From a virus, in the IMG/VR virus record IMGVR_UViG_3300050132_000142, positions 1 to 51,860 of that record: a stretch of DNA of 51,860 bases. One strand, 5' to 3'. This document shows positions 18,001-27,070 of the stretch, piece by piece. The translations under genes were made by a program, and so were the position numbers. Below the pieces are notes generated by a model. It made no database searches. It was given only the letters and a program-made list of their open reading frames with translations, and had not been told where the DNA came from. Numbering within the stretch: the first letter of the stretch is position 1; each line of letters opens with the position of its first letter.

Positions 18001-20046
18001 ATGATGAAGAAAATTCTTGGACTGCTGTTGTTTTTGTCATCGTATCCGGTGTTTTGCCAAACAGCAGCATTGCCAATATATTCTTGCGTGCAACAAGGAG
18101 TGAAAGCTAAAGTCTCCGGACTTAATTCGACAAATTACATGCAAGGAATTGTTCCAAGCTGCACAGTTAAAGTGTATCTAACCGGTACGCAGACAATCGC
18201 CACAACCACTCCTCAGAGTCCATTTACAGCCAATACCGATGGATCAATTCCTCCAATATATGCTGCTGTTAATCAAGTCTACGATGTTGTTCTGAGCGGT
18301 GGAATCTCACCCAACACCTATCCGTCTCCAGTTACGATATCTACGGGGAGCATCGGTGCCACGACTACCTATGCGCTGACCGCATCGGCTACTGGTGGCG
18401 CAGCCCCAGGGTCTACCTTTAACGGCAGCGCGGCAGTGACGTTCGATTACCATTCATTCGGAGCCGCGCCGCTTGCATCTCCCACCTTTACTGGAACCGT
18501 GACTATTCCTCAATCTTTAGTCGCTGGGTCGGTTAGTGGAAAGATAAGCGCCCCTGCAGGAACACATTTCATTTTTAAGGGCGATTCGCTGACATATGGG
18601 TATCTGCTGTCCAATCCTGATACTCAATCGTTTCCAGCACTTTTCGGTGGCTGCACACTCAGCGGTACCCCAGGAACCTGCACAACTTCGAACACCGCCG
18701 GAGGTCACTCATTTGTTGGGCCATCGGCAACAATCGTGAATCTGGGCATTACCGGAGAAACATTAGTGTCCATGCTCAGCAATTACGCGACAGAGGTTAG
18801 GCCGTATTGTCTGGCGGCGACCGCATCCGTGCCAGTATATCTCCATTTCGAGGCGGGGATCAATGACATTATGAATTCTGGACCATCAGCAGCAACAGTT
18901 TACTCAGGTCTGCAAACGTACTGGTCTGAGGCCAAGGCAGATGGTTGCACTGTGACGGCAACGACGCTGACCCCCGCAGGAAATTTATCTGCTTTGCAGG
19001 ATTCCACTCGGATCGCAGTAAATGAAGATATTCGTTCCAGTGTCGGGCTGTATTCATATCTCGACGACCTTGCATCGCTGCTGCCTGATCCGTCCGATGT
19101 GGTCTGGTATACATCCGACATGTTGCATTACCAACTGCCTGCCACGTCGAAAACCGCTGACTTTATCAACGCATTATGGACTGCACAGAACGGATTTCAG
19201 CCTGCGGAAATAATTCAGGGAGGGATCTTCTCTTCGCGCCTGGTCGTGAGCGACTATACAGTACAGCCATCGGACAGAATTCTCTATTCCGAATGCTCCA
19301 GTTGCACCGTCACCCTTGCTAACCCCACAACAACAGGTCAGGTTGTGGTGATTGAAAACTGGTCTGGTGGGGTGCTTACGGTAACATCCGTTGCCAACAA
19401 CCTTCCATTCACTAGGAGTCTTGCCCCACAAGAGTCACTCACTTTGTTGAGCTATGCTCCAGATACCTGGAACATAATCAAACAAACTCCGTATATCAAT
19501 CCTCCTGCAGTAACCAGTGTGGATCAGAATTTTTCCGCGACTTCGACCATTCCCAACTCTGGGAGTTTATCTCCGGGGTTCAATCTACTCAATGGGGCAG
19601 GTTATTCGTACGGATCAGCGTTAGCCAATTGGGCTGGAAGTTTCTATGTTGATAACTACATACCAAGCAATGGAGCGGGATGGCACTGGTGCGAGTACGC
19701 ATCAGGTACTCCGCTCGCTGCTACGTCGCAGGAAACCTACTGTCACACACTCAGTAACCCAACTGCAAATGACAGTTTTGTGATGTCTACCCAAATGCCT
19801 CTGACAGGGACCTCAAGCAGCATCGGCGGATCATCACTGGCAGCAGGAGCTTGTGCGAGTACAACTGTCAGCATAACCGGGGCAACGACTAGTAATGCGG
19901 TTGAGGCTACTCCAGCCACTTATCCCGGGGATGCCTATTACTGGAAGGGATACGTGAGTGCTACCGGGACGGTAACGGTAAAAGTTTGCGCGGCGGCGGC
20001 GGGAACTCCAACTGCCAGCACATACAGTGTGCGCGTGATCCAGTAG
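18001..20046 (+). CDS. SGNH/GDSL-family esterase domain protein with a signal-peptide-like N-terminus (681 aa); candidate polysaccharide-deacetylating spike or secreted enzyme
   Basis: N-terminus MMKKILGLLLFLSSYPVFCQT. Block I FKGDSLTYGY, block III GINDI, block V DMLHY. Flanking regions are beta-rich. Confidence 0.7.
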   Translation: MMKKILGLLLFLSSYPVFCQTAALPIYSCVQQGVKAKVSGLNSTNYMQGIVPSCTVKVYLTGTQTIATTTPQSPFTANTDGSIPPIYAAVNQVYDVVLSGGISPNTYPSPVTISTGSIGATTTYALTASATGGAAPGSTFNGSAAVTFDYHSFGAAPLASPTFTGTVTIPQSLVAGSVSGKISAPAGTHFIFKGDSLTYGYLLSNPDTQSFPALFGGCTLSGTPGTCTTSNTAGGHSFVGPSATIVNLGITGETLVSMLSNYATEVRPYCLAATASVPVYLHFEAGINDIMNSGPSAATVYSGLQTYWSEAKADGCTVTATTLTPAGNLSALQDSTRIAVNEDIRSSVGLYSYLDDLASLLPDPSDVVWYTSDMLHYQLPATSKTADFINALWTAQNGFQPAEIIQGGIFSSRLVVSDYTVQPSDRILYSECSSCTVTLANPTTTGQVVVIENWSGGVLTVTSVANNLPFTRSLAPQESLTLLSYAPDTWNIIKQTPYINPPAVTSVDQNFSATSTIPNSGSLSPGFNLLNGAGYSYGSALANWAGSFYVDNYIPSNGAGWHWCEYASGTPLAATSQETYCHTLSNPTANDSFVMSTQMPLTGTSSSIGGSSLAAGACASTTVSITGATTSNAVEATPATYPGDAYYWKGYVSATGTVTVKVCAAAAGTPTASTYSVRVIQ

Positions 20047-20142
20047 GCAATCAAGTTGATCGCACTACGGTACGCGCTTTACGAGAACGAACGGAGATGT
20101 TGCCAGAATTGCAGCAGCAATTTAAAACGAGGAAAGGGCGAT

Positions 20143-20463
20143 GTGACGATCTCAGTAGAAGAATTGCTGCTTGCTTCCATGGCTGAAATCCGAGAGACGC
20201 TGAAGGAAATTTCTTCCAGCGTGGAAGGAAGCAGGGAGGATGCATCCAAATGGAGGCAAATGGCGGAAAGCCGGATGTCTACCCTCGAGGCAGAAATGAA
20301 AACCGTGCTTGGCAACGGTCAACCAGGCCGCCTGACCATTGCTGAACTAGCGGTAGACGAGTTGAAACTGTTCAAAGCTCAAGCAGTGGCAATCGGAGCG
20401 GCCATCGGCGGATTGATCGGTATGATTTCCGCAACGCTTGGCTGGCTGTTTCCCAGGAAGTAG
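20143..20463 (+). CDS. Tail-anchored membrane protein (about 106 aa), possibly lysis-associated
   Basis: GTG 20143 with gaggaaaggg upstream. Coiled-coil followed by C-terminal TM AVAIGAAIGGLIGMISATLGWLF. Start uncertain (alternative ATG 20179). Confidence 0.45.
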   Translation: MTISVEELLLASMAEIRETLKEISSSVEGSREDASKWRQMAESRMSTLEAEMKTVLGNGQPGRLTIAELAVDELKLFKAQAVAIGAAIGGLIGMISATLGWLFPRK

Positions 20464-20471
20464 GATTGAGA

Positions 20472-20606
20472 GTGGACGTTGTTTACCCTACACAAGAACA
20501 GTTCAAACGGGCAGAGAATCAGCAAGAGCGCCCCATGGATGTAGCCGTGCGAGACCTGCGAGACTATCTTGCGTGGGAAGCACAACAGAAGGAGAAGAAT
20601 GAGTAA
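20472..20606 (+). CDS. Small hypothetical ORF (44 aa), not in the supplied track
   Basis: GTG start. Hand translation VDVVYPTQEQFKRAENQQERPMDVAVRDLRDYLAWEAQQKEKNE. Overlaps the next ATG by 8 nt. Confidence 0.3.
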   Translation: MDVVYPTQEQFKRAENQQERPMDVAVRDLRDYLAWEAQQKEKNE

Positions 20607-20946
20607 ACTATGGGCGTGGTTCGTGGCGCACAACATCTCGACGCACACGATGGCCGTCATAGCTGTTGCGCTGGCTGCAGCCTACACTGGATTCCCTCCG
20701 TTTCATTTGATGGTAATGAAGTATTTCGGTATGCTTCCCTCTGACGTGCAGACACTGGTTCTTACTGCCTTCTTCATTGGAGCACTATACAAGAGCGGGG
20801 CGCTGAAATTCACCACAACCACTGTGCAGCAGGCCACTCTGGAAACTACTTCATCCCCTTCGCTAAAAACATCAACTCTGGAGACGACTACCACTATCAC
20901 CCCTGCACCCACCGACAGTGTCAACACTACAGGGCTTAACAAATAG
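20599..20946 (+). CDS. Two-TM membrane protein, holin-like (115 aa)
   Basis: ATG 20599 with aaggagaag upstream. TM segments MAVIAVALAAAYTGF and LVLTAFFIGALY. Thr/Ser-rich tail. Sits upstream of a peptidase. Confidence 0.45.
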   Translation: MSKLWAWFVAHNISTHTMAVIAVALAAAYTGFPPFHLMVMKYFGMLPSDVQTLVLTAFFIGALYKSGALKFTTTTVQQATLETTSSPSLKTSTLETTTTITPAPTDSVNTTGLNK

Positions 20947-20953
20947 GAGCGTC

Positions 20954-21814
20954 ATGGAAAACCAAAGCAGTTTCCTTCCGCTATCGCCAGCAGGCAGGCG
21001 GTATGGACTTTTCAAAGATAACCCACAGCACCCAGCAAAGAAACTGTTTCGGCTGGTGGCTCCAAAAGGGATTGTACTTCCGGCCGCCGCTACTACATCG
21101 CAGTGGATGGGTCCAATCCGGGACCAAGGGGACGAGGGTTCGTGTACGGGACAGATGGGCGCGGAAATCCGTGACCTGCTCTATCGCAAACTTTACCTGT
21201 TTGAAAAGGACCGGATAATTCCCGCGAACGCTTTCGAGTCCTCGGCATCTTTCGTGTACAAATGCAACCTGATTGCCGATGGAGATCTTGGAAATGACGT
21301 GGGGTCTACTATTCACCAGACGTTCATCACACTGAACCAGAAGGGTGCCTGTCTCAATTCTCAGGAGCCTTACAGCGACAAAGATTACTCTATTGCGCCA
21401 ACTGGAGATGCGTATGCGGAAGCGATGGTGTACAAGGGCGGCTCGTACCACTCGATTGCCGATCTAACCACCATCAAGGCGTGTATCGCGTCTGGCTACT
21501 CTGTTGGACTAGGAATCAATGTCTACGAGTCGTTCGAGAGTGAGTGGGAAAAACCCGGATTCATGCCCATGCCGAAAGAAGGAGAACAACTGCTTGGCGG
21601 ACATGCCCAGCACGTTATGGACTATGATGACAATATCGAATTCCCTGACGGTTCCAAGGGTGGTTTGCTGGTGCAGAATTCATGGGGAAGCGGGTGGGGA
21701 ATCAATGCTCCTGGTAGAACAGACGGAGGATGCTATTGGATGCCGTACGCATTTGCGGAATCATCTGATGTTTCAGATATTTGGATGATTCACCTCGGCC
21801 CCACGTGGAAGTAA
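20954..21814 (+). CDS. Papain-like cysteine peptidase (C1 family), 286 aa
   Basis: Catalytic-site motifs RDQGDEGSCTGQ (Cys), GGHAQHVMDYDDN (His) and LVQNSWGSGWG (Asn-Ser-Trp). SD aggag upstream of ATG 20954. Confidence 0.8.
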   Translation: MENQSSFLPLSPAGRRYGLFKDNPQHPAKKLFRLVAPKGIVLPAAATTSQWMGPIRDQGDEGSCTGQMGAEIRDLLYRKLYLFEKDRIIPANAFESSASFVYKCNLIADGDLGNDVGSTIHQTFITLNQKGACLNSQEPYSDKDYSIAPTGDAYAEAMVYKGGSYHSIADLTTIKACIASGYSVGLGINVYESFESEWEKPGFMPMPKEGEQLLGGHAQHVMDYDDNIEFPDGSKGGLLVQNSWGSGWGINAPGRTDGGCYWMPYAFAESSDVSDIWMIHLGPTWK

Positions 21815-21870
21815 GATAACGCAGTCGTCAACTGTTGGTTGACAACTCAACCGATCAAAGGAGTAGAAAC

Positions 21871-22368
21871 ATGTGCAAAGCAATCGACAAGCAAATTGCA
21901 GCAGATGGCAAGGCAATATCCTCAGCCATTCTTAGCATCTCAACCGCCCTATCAACGACCAGTCCTGAGATTGCTGCAACGCTGGCAGAGGCCGCAAGCA
22001 CCCTTGTAGCAGCCACCAGCAATTTCAAGACTGGAGACCTGACAGACGACATCAACACCGCCGCTACGGCTATTGAGTCCATTCTGTCCGTTATCCCCGT
22101 GACAGCCCCTTACGCTTCATTTGTAGCCATTGCTGTTGCCGCTCTTGATGTGCTGATTGCCAATCTAGGAACACAGACCGACCAATCCGGGGATGAACTG
22201 CCTGACGCGGTTAAAGTCATGCGGCATATCGACACACTGCCTGAAAATCATTGGCGTGGTTTGATTCGCATAAAACGCTGGCCGGGAGAAGGACCGCGCA
22301 CGGCACTTGTACGAAAGTGGAATGACCAGGTAGACAAACAACCTCAGTTGAACTTTTCGAGGCTCTAA
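21871..22368 (+). CDS. Hypothetical protein (165 aa)
   Basis: ATG 21871 with aaaggag upstream. Ala/Thr-rich helical N-terminal half. Confidence 0.55.
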   Translation: MCKAIDKQIAADGKAISSAILSISTALSTTSPEIAATLAEAASTLVAATSNFKTGDLTDDINTAATAIESILSVIPVTAPYASFVAIAVAALDVLIANLGTQTDQSGDELPDAVKVMRHIDTLPENHWRGLIRIKRWPGEGPRTALVRKWNDQVDKQPQLNFSRL

Positions 22369-22631
22369 TGTCCCTACCAGCACAGACGTTCACAGGCGTA
22401 ACGCAAGCCGCGTTCGACAGGATGGCAGCCGAGGTCCAAAAGGACTTCGGCATAGCCATTACAGGGCCAAATGGGCAGGCTTCAGCAAGCGGTTTTATGC
22501 TCTCATGGAACTATGACGCAGTAGGGAAAGTGTTGGTCCTCCAATGCTTGAAGAAGCCGTGGATTGTACCTGTAGGAACGGTGCAATCGCGTATCGCCAA
22601 GATGGTGCAACAGGAAGAATCTGCGGTATAA
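22368..22631 (+). CDS. Hypothetical protein (87 aa)
   Basis: TAATG coupling to the upstream gene. Confidence 0.55.
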   Translation: MSLPAQTFTGVTQAAFDRMAAEVQKDFGIAITGPNGQASASGFMLSWNYDAVGKVLVLQCLKKPWIVPVGTVQSRIAKMVQQEESAV

Positions 22632-22864
22632 TTGGGGTGTTGCAACAGTCAATCCCTATTGCTGCCCAGCATGTGGGAGGGCAAGCGGACCGCCGGTTCC
22701 GCTCAGACACCGGCACAGTTTGAGTTTGCGCGGGTGCAGCGTGAAGGATGAAACGCAAGGGATGACTCCGGTTCAGTAAACCGGATAATGGATTCCCCAA
22801 AAATCCACAACGGCGCACCTCGACACCCGCGCAATTAGTTTCCGGTGCGTGCGCATCGGCTCAC

Positions 22865-22902
22865 AAGGCCACTCGCCGGTATACGAGTGGCCTTGTCTTT
22901 TT
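22865..22902 (+). terminator. Rho-independent terminator ending 12 nt before the ATG of the next gene
   Basis: Stem AAGGCCACTCG / CGAGTGGCCTT (11 bp perfect), loop CCGGTATA, then GTCTTTTT. Confidence 0.8.
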
Positions 22903-22914
22903 GGAGAATGATTC

Positions 22915-23367
22915 ATGAACGATTATCAAAAAAGGTTGCTGGCAGAAGTCGCGTGGAAAGAGAATAGAGCCGGAAAAATACCAGGGATGACGAGCATCAT
23001 CAATGTCGTGATGAACCGGTCGAAGATGCACCATGTCCCAGTTGATTCGATCATCATGCAGCCGAAGCAGTTTACGTCCATGAGTGTGCGCTCTGACCCA
23101 GAGTATGGTGTTGACCCATCCAAGTCCACCGGCATAGATGCGGTAGCTTGGGCATCTGCTCAGCAGTTGGCATCACAGGCCGATTCTGGGACTCTTAAGG
23201 ACATAACTAACGGAAGTACCTTGTATTATTCCCCAAAGAGTATCAAGACGAACAAATATTTCAAACTACCCAGTGGTGAAATGGTTCTATTTCCGCAGAC
23301 GTGGAACCCGAAAGCTGTAAAATTTCAGGCGGAAATCGCAGGTCAACTATTCTTCACTGCCGCTTGA
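22915..23367 (+). CDS. SleB-like cell-wall hydrolase (Hydrolase_2 family), 150 aa; candidate endolysin
   Basis: LLAEVAWKENRAGKIPGMTSIINVVMNR...IIMQPKQFTSM matches the family signature (EA.gE...G..aV..Vi.NR ... QFS). Confidence 0.7.
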   Translation: MNDYQKRLLAEVAWKENRAGKIPGMTSIINVVMNRSKMHHVPVDSIIMQPKQFTSMSVRSDPEYGVDPSKSTGIDAVAWASAQQLASQADSGTLKDITNGSTLYYSPKSIKTNKYFKLPSGEMVLFPQTWNPKAVKFQAEIAGQLFFTAA

Positions 23368-23621
23368 CCATGACATGAGCATTGGCAATCCTTCTTGAAG
23401 CAATTCCCGTGCTTCCCTGTCAAACACGCCTTGGAAAATTTCGCTGGTTCAGTTCTCACGCCGCGCCCAAGTTTGTGCCCTACATGCTGGTGGACGCGGC
23501 GCTCTAGGATGGATTGACTCAAATTTCCACCCCACCCTTCGTTACGAATTCCACCAGTTTGTAGTGGATTTGGCAACCAGCATCTGTTGATACGTACCAG
23601 TCTCCGTTGCTGTCCTGCCAT
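23343..23621 (-). CDS. Doubtful ORF. Only the Cys-rich C-terminal part (..ACLTGKHGNCFKKDCQCSCHGQ) lies outside the upstream gene.
   Basis: Track ORF. Overlaps 23519-23755 in another frame. No clear start after 23519. Confidence 0.2.
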   Translation of the reverse strand: MAGQQRRLVRINRCWLPNPLQTGGIRNEGWGGNLSQSILERRVHQHVGHKLGRGVRTEPAKFSKACLTGKHGNCFKKDCQCSCHGQAAVKNS

Positions 23622-23755
23622 GGCTTATGGTTATTCCGGCAGCAGCACACTGGACCTGCTTTAACCGCCGCCTCATGCTCACTCGCGCGTTCCTGCTTGG
23701 TTACCTGAGCACCGTAGAAGCGATCTGTTGACTCTCTGAAATGTTCTCCTGGCAT
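23519..23755 (-). CDS. Hypothetical protein (78 aa)
   Basis: ATG 23755 overlaps the HNH gene stop (TAATG). Internal start of track ORF 23519-23926. Confidence 0.5.
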   Translation of the reverse strand: MPGEHFRESTDRFYGAQVTKQERASEHEAAVKAGPVCCCRNNHKPWQDSNGDWYVSTDAGCQIHYKLVEFVTKGGVEI

Positions 23756-24216
23756 TACTTTTTCCTCCCATAGTAGCGCAAGCGCATTCCCATCGCTCCC
23801 GTGCCTAAGCGTAACAGGATATCGTCGTGGGCCGCTTGGGAAAGATTGATGCGGATAAACAACAGAAGCTCGGAAAATTCGTTTCCTGTGAGCTGTCCTT
23901 TCGCGCGGTTGCACTTCTGGCAGCACACAACAAAGTTGTCTAAGCCGATAGAGCCTCCCAGGGACGTTGGTACATCGTGGTCAAGGGAAAGGTTCAGTGC
24001 GTCGATGGAAACATCGCAGAAGGGGCAAGGAACAGCTTTCTCGCCCACTTTACGCATCACGAACGAGTGAAGGTCTGCCGCTGTGAATGGCAACGTGCGA
24101 CCAGGATCACGTAACACCCCTTGCCGCCTTCCAGACTTCCAATACTTCGGACCGAACCGACGCACCATCAATCCGTACATCTTCTTGTTCCGGGCTAGGA
24201 TTTGCTTCTCGCTCAT
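23755..24216 (-). CDS. HNH endonuclease (153 aa)
   Basis: CPFCDVSI...LSLDHDVPTSLGGSIGLDNFVVCCQKCNRAKG, matching the HNH pattern Cx2C...DH...N...Cx2CN. Confidence 0.8.
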   Translation of the reverse strand: MSEKQILARNKKMYGLMVRRFGPKYWKSGRRQGVLRDPGRTLPFTAADLHSFVMRKVGEKAVPCPFCDVSIDALNLSLDHDVPTSLGGSIGLDNFVVCCQKCNRAKGQLTGNEFSELLLFIRINLSQAAHDDILLRLGTGAMGMRLRYYGRKK

Positions 24217-24470
24217 TGTTCACTCTCCGCGTCGATCTGGTCAAGGATGGTATAGGCAGCATCCAAAAGTGAACCGTCTACTAATGAACTTAATTCACCT
24301 TGAATATCTGCTAGAACACAAGCAGCAGCTAATTTTCGCAGAGCCTCCACCAGAACCTTCTCACGGGTATGTGCTGCAGAGTAAAGAACATAGTCACCTG
24401 ATGGCCATTCTGACATTCCAGTGCTTGTGCTATCTGAATCTTTCGGATCAAATCGTTTCAGCTTCTCCAC
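24213..24470 (-). CDS. Hypothetical acidic protein (85 aa)
   Basis: ATGA overlap with the downstream HNH gene. Confidence 0.55.
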   Translation of the reverse strand: MEKLKRFDPKDSDSTSTGMSEWPSGDYVLYSAAHTREKVLVEALRKLAAACVLADIQGELSSLVDGSLLDAAYTILDQIDAESEQ

Positions 24471-24547
24471 GTTGCTTCTCCCTTCGTTGATACTCCCAAA
24501 TTGAGGCCAACTGGAGCAGTATCAGGTTCCAGTCTGTCACTGGTGGG

Positions 24548-24757
24548 TTAGTGGGCATTTTTGTAGGTCCTCATTTTAGCTAGCGCCCGTGTCAAGTCCA
24601 TGGATGAGCGGCGCAATGCTCCCGACTCCTTTATTCCAACACCAACTAACGCATGGTTGCCAATAACGTACGTATAACGTGATTTCTCGAAATCTTTGAC
24701 TTTGCGCAGGAACCGTTCGGCTTCCTGTTTCGCTTCATTGATTGTGTTAGCGTCCAT
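24548..24757 (-). CDS. Hypothetical protein (69 aa)
   Basis: ORF in the minus-strand operon, overlapping the upstream gene end by 11 nt. Confidence 0.5.
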   Translation of the reverse strand: MDANTINEAKQEAERFLRKVKDFEKSRYTYVIGNHALVGVGIKESGALRRSSMDLTRALAKMRTYKNAH

Positions 24758-25247
24758 CCTTCATCCCCTTTCGCAATTCTGCTAGAATGTCCTCTCTGCT
24801 ATCTGAAATGCGACGAGCGACAGTGTAGTCAGGAGAATCCTCATCAAGAAAAGTAACCAACCACTTCAGTTCCTCAATGCGATTGAGAGCGGATGTTAAT
24901 TGTTCTCGCAGGGAAATGCGCTTGGCGTTGGCCTCGTCGCGCTCTCTCTCAGCCTTCTCGGCACGTGAGTTGCGCCATGTCTTTGCTCTGAGTACCTTCC
25001 ATTCAACATGCGTAGGATCAATGCACTCCAGTCCTAAATTTCCCATAAGCTCGTGTGTGAATTCAAGTTCATCGCGATCAAGAGACCTATTACGCAGGCT
25101 ATCGCGCTCGTACTCCACGCGGCCTACGCGCTCGATCAATCGAGCCATCTCAGCACCAGTAACTATCGCCGTTTTGTTATACGGGATAAGACTCACATAA
25201 AAGTCATGAGATTCTTGCAGGTCTTCGGGAATGATTGGCTTGCTCAC
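24747..25247 (-). CDS. Hypothetical protein (166 aa), coiled-coil C-terminal half
   Basis: ORF with ATGA-type overlap to its neighbour. Confidence 0.6.
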   Translation of the reverse strand: MSKPIIPEDLQESHDFYVSLIPYNKTAIVTGAEMARLIERVGRVEYERDSLRNRSLDRDELEFTHELMGNLGLECIDPTHVEWKVLRAKTWRNSRAEKAERERDEANAKRISLREQLTSALNRIEELKWLVTFLDEDSPDYTVARRISDSREDILAELRKGMKDGR

Positions 25248-25711
25248 TTAGCACCTCCTTTTGCTTTGCTATCTGGTGGCATTCCTCCCACGCCAATATT
25301 GTTAATTCCAGTGGTGGCGTTGTAGAGAGTCTGGTTTCTTGGTACAGGCACATTGTTACTACCGTTAGTCAGGGAGTAAGGCGCATGGTTTCCTTTGGCG
25401 AGATTATTGTACCCCATGACTGTCCCTCCACTATAAATATGCTCGACTACAGCACTCCCCCCAGAATTGCCGGCCTTTTTGGACCAAAAGTGGAACCCGT
25501 GTTCGTTAAAGCTGGTTTCAAGGGCGGCAACAAAAGCCCCAATTGGTCCTCCTAGTGCAACAGCAACAGCCCCGCCTAAATTTTTTCGGCTAGTACAGAT
25601 AGGACCAAATGGATCATGAGCGTCTTGATAATCCATTTCGGCCATAAATGTCCCGAATCCATACGCCCCAGATACGATCCAAAGCAATACTATTGCAAGT
25701 ATCTTCTTCAC
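25244..25711 (-). CDS. Secreted/membrane protein (155 aa)
   Basis: N-terminus MKKILAIVLLWIVSGAYG. Gly-rich mature part. Confidence 0.6.
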   Translation of the reverse strand: MKKILAIVLLWIVSGAYGFGTFMAEMDYQDAHDPFGPICTSRKNLGGAVAVALGGPIGAFVAALETSFNEHGFHFWSKKAGNSGGSAVVEHIYSGGTVMGYNNLAKGNHAPYSLTNGSNNVPVPRNQTLYNATTGINNIGVGGMPPDSKAKGGAK

Positions 25712-26328
25712 TTGACACCTCCATGCTTCTCTACCAGTGCCACAATTTCGTCTACGGCTGCATTGATTCCTGATTCTGTCATTCCTGAGTCGTATAGAAC
25801 CATCCTGGCTTCCTCCTTAAATGACTTCTCCTTGGGCTTCAGGATAAGGCCTACTCGGTATCGCAGGAATTCAAGCGCCAAATGAGGTATAAATCCAGTC
25901 ACCTCGCGAAAATGCTCTAGTTCCTCGGATGTAATTGGCCTACACAGCGCAACCAGAAGGACATTGGCGACGGCAGCCATGCGTTCTTTAAACTTTCTTT
26001 CAGTTTCGGCTGCAGGGTTATAATGACCATAAAACCATTTATCTAGCATCTGCACGAGTACGTTCCCGTTCACTTCTGCCGGTGCAGGACGCGCTACGTT
26101 GCGTTTGGCAAGAACAGCGTCGATCTTAGCTCTGCAAGATTCTACCCAATTTCCTCCCGTTAATTCATACCACTCTTCATCGCTCAGCGGCACTCCTGGC
26201 TCCGTGGTTTCATACTGAAACAACTCCTCCAAATCATCAATTACAGACGGGTGGCATCCGGTGGTAAAATTCCTCCCTGATAGATACTCAACAATCCCTG
26301 ACCTCTGTTTCTCTGCCAGTTTTCCCAT
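25708..26328 (-). CDS. Hypothetical protein (206 aa)
   Basis: ORF with 4-nt overlap to the downstream gene. Confidence 0.6.
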   Translation of the reverse strand: MGKLAEKQRSGIVEYLSGRNFTTGCHPSVIDDLEELFQYETTEPGVPLSDEEWYELTGGNWVESCRAKIDAVLAKRNVARPAPAEVNGNVLVQMLDKWFYGHYNPAAETERKFKERMAAVANVLLVALCRPITSEELEHFREVTGFIPHLALEFLRYRVGLILKPKEKSFKEEARMVLYDSGMTESGINAAVDEIVALVEKHGGVK

Positions 26329-26332
26329 AAGG

Positions 26333-26551
26333 CTATCCCCTCCCCTTCTTGGTGTAGGTTATTTTAACTGTTTTGGTCCGCTCTACTCCGAGCAGGGTAA
26401 GAATTGCTTTCCCTGGTTCTCGGTTCCCCCGGATCACGTCAGACAGATAAGCAGAGGACAAATCAAGCTCTTCGCCGAATTTTCGCAACGACTTATCGCC
26501 CTTCTTCTTTAGCAGAAAATCAACCACTTCGGTACGAGTCAATGTTCTCAT
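26333..26551 (-). CDS. XRE/Cro-CI-type HTH regulator (72 aa)
   Basis: SLRKFGEELDLSSAYLSDVIRGNREPGKAIL helix-turn-helix pattern. First gene of the leftward operon at the divergent region. Confidence 0.7.
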   Translation of the reverse strand: MRTLTRTEVVDFLLKKKGDKSLRKFGEELDLSSAYLSDVIRGNREPGKAILTLLGVERTKTVKITYTKKGRG

Positions 26552-26666
26552 ATACAGACAATATCACCATTATTATGGATGCGCAACAAAAAAAGCGTTG
26601 TCAGCAGAAAAAAGTGTTGCAATGTGGTTCCTTGTGTGTTTTAATCCTTAATGAGAGGGGAAAGAC
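26552..26666. promoter_or_regulatory. Divergent early promoter/operator region
   Basis: Rightward TTGCAA (26617-26622), 17-nt spacer, TTTAAT (26640-26645). Leftward TTGTTG-17-TGATAT close to ATG 26551, giving a nearly leaderless transcript. GCAAC/GTTGC-type repeats present. Host sigma specificity unknown. Confidence 0.4.
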
Positions 26667-26888
26667 ATGGAAAACAAACTGATTGAAGCACGTCAGAACG
26701 TAGATGATTGGCTGGGTAACGTGATTCGAGCGTGTGAGCGTGAACAGCAGTACATCCGCGAAAAAGGCGACATTGCAGACGCTGAGATTCAAGCTCCCTG
26801 GGATTTATTGCAAGAGGCTATTGCCAATCTCCGGGAAGAGCAAGATGCCGACCGTAAGGCGCAGGAAGATGCGATGGAGGTATTCTGA
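26667..26888 (+). CDS. Hypothetical acidic protein (73 aa)
   Basis: SD gagggg upstream. First rightward gene. Confidence 0.6.
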   Translation: MENKLIEARQNVDDWLGNVIRACEREQQYIREKGDIADAEIQAPWDLLQEAIANLREEQDADRKAQEDAMEVF

Positions 26889-27070
26889 TGCAATACACAG
26901 AGCCAACTCACACAGTAGACCCGGAAGTAGCGCGGCTACATCTCGACTTGATCTCTTCTGGCGATCTGAGCATGGAAGAGTCAATGTCGAGGCTCTTCCC
27001 GGAAGAAGGACCGCAATATCTACGACCTAGGACGGTGGACGTGGGGACCACCATAAGGAGCGAACAATGA
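26888..27070 (+). CDS. Hypothetical protein (60 aa)
   Basis: TGATG coupling upstream and ATGA coupling downstream. Confidence 0.5.
   Translation: MQYTEPTHTVDPEVARLHLDLISSGDLSMEESMSRLFPEEGPQYLRPRTVDVGTTIRSEQ

Noticed and set aside
22495-22818. 107-aa minus-strand ORF in the structured intergenic segment
   Set aside because: It has a nonsense-like Pro/Arg/Cys-rich translation, lies antisense to the operon direction, overlaps gene 22368-22631 and has no RBS.
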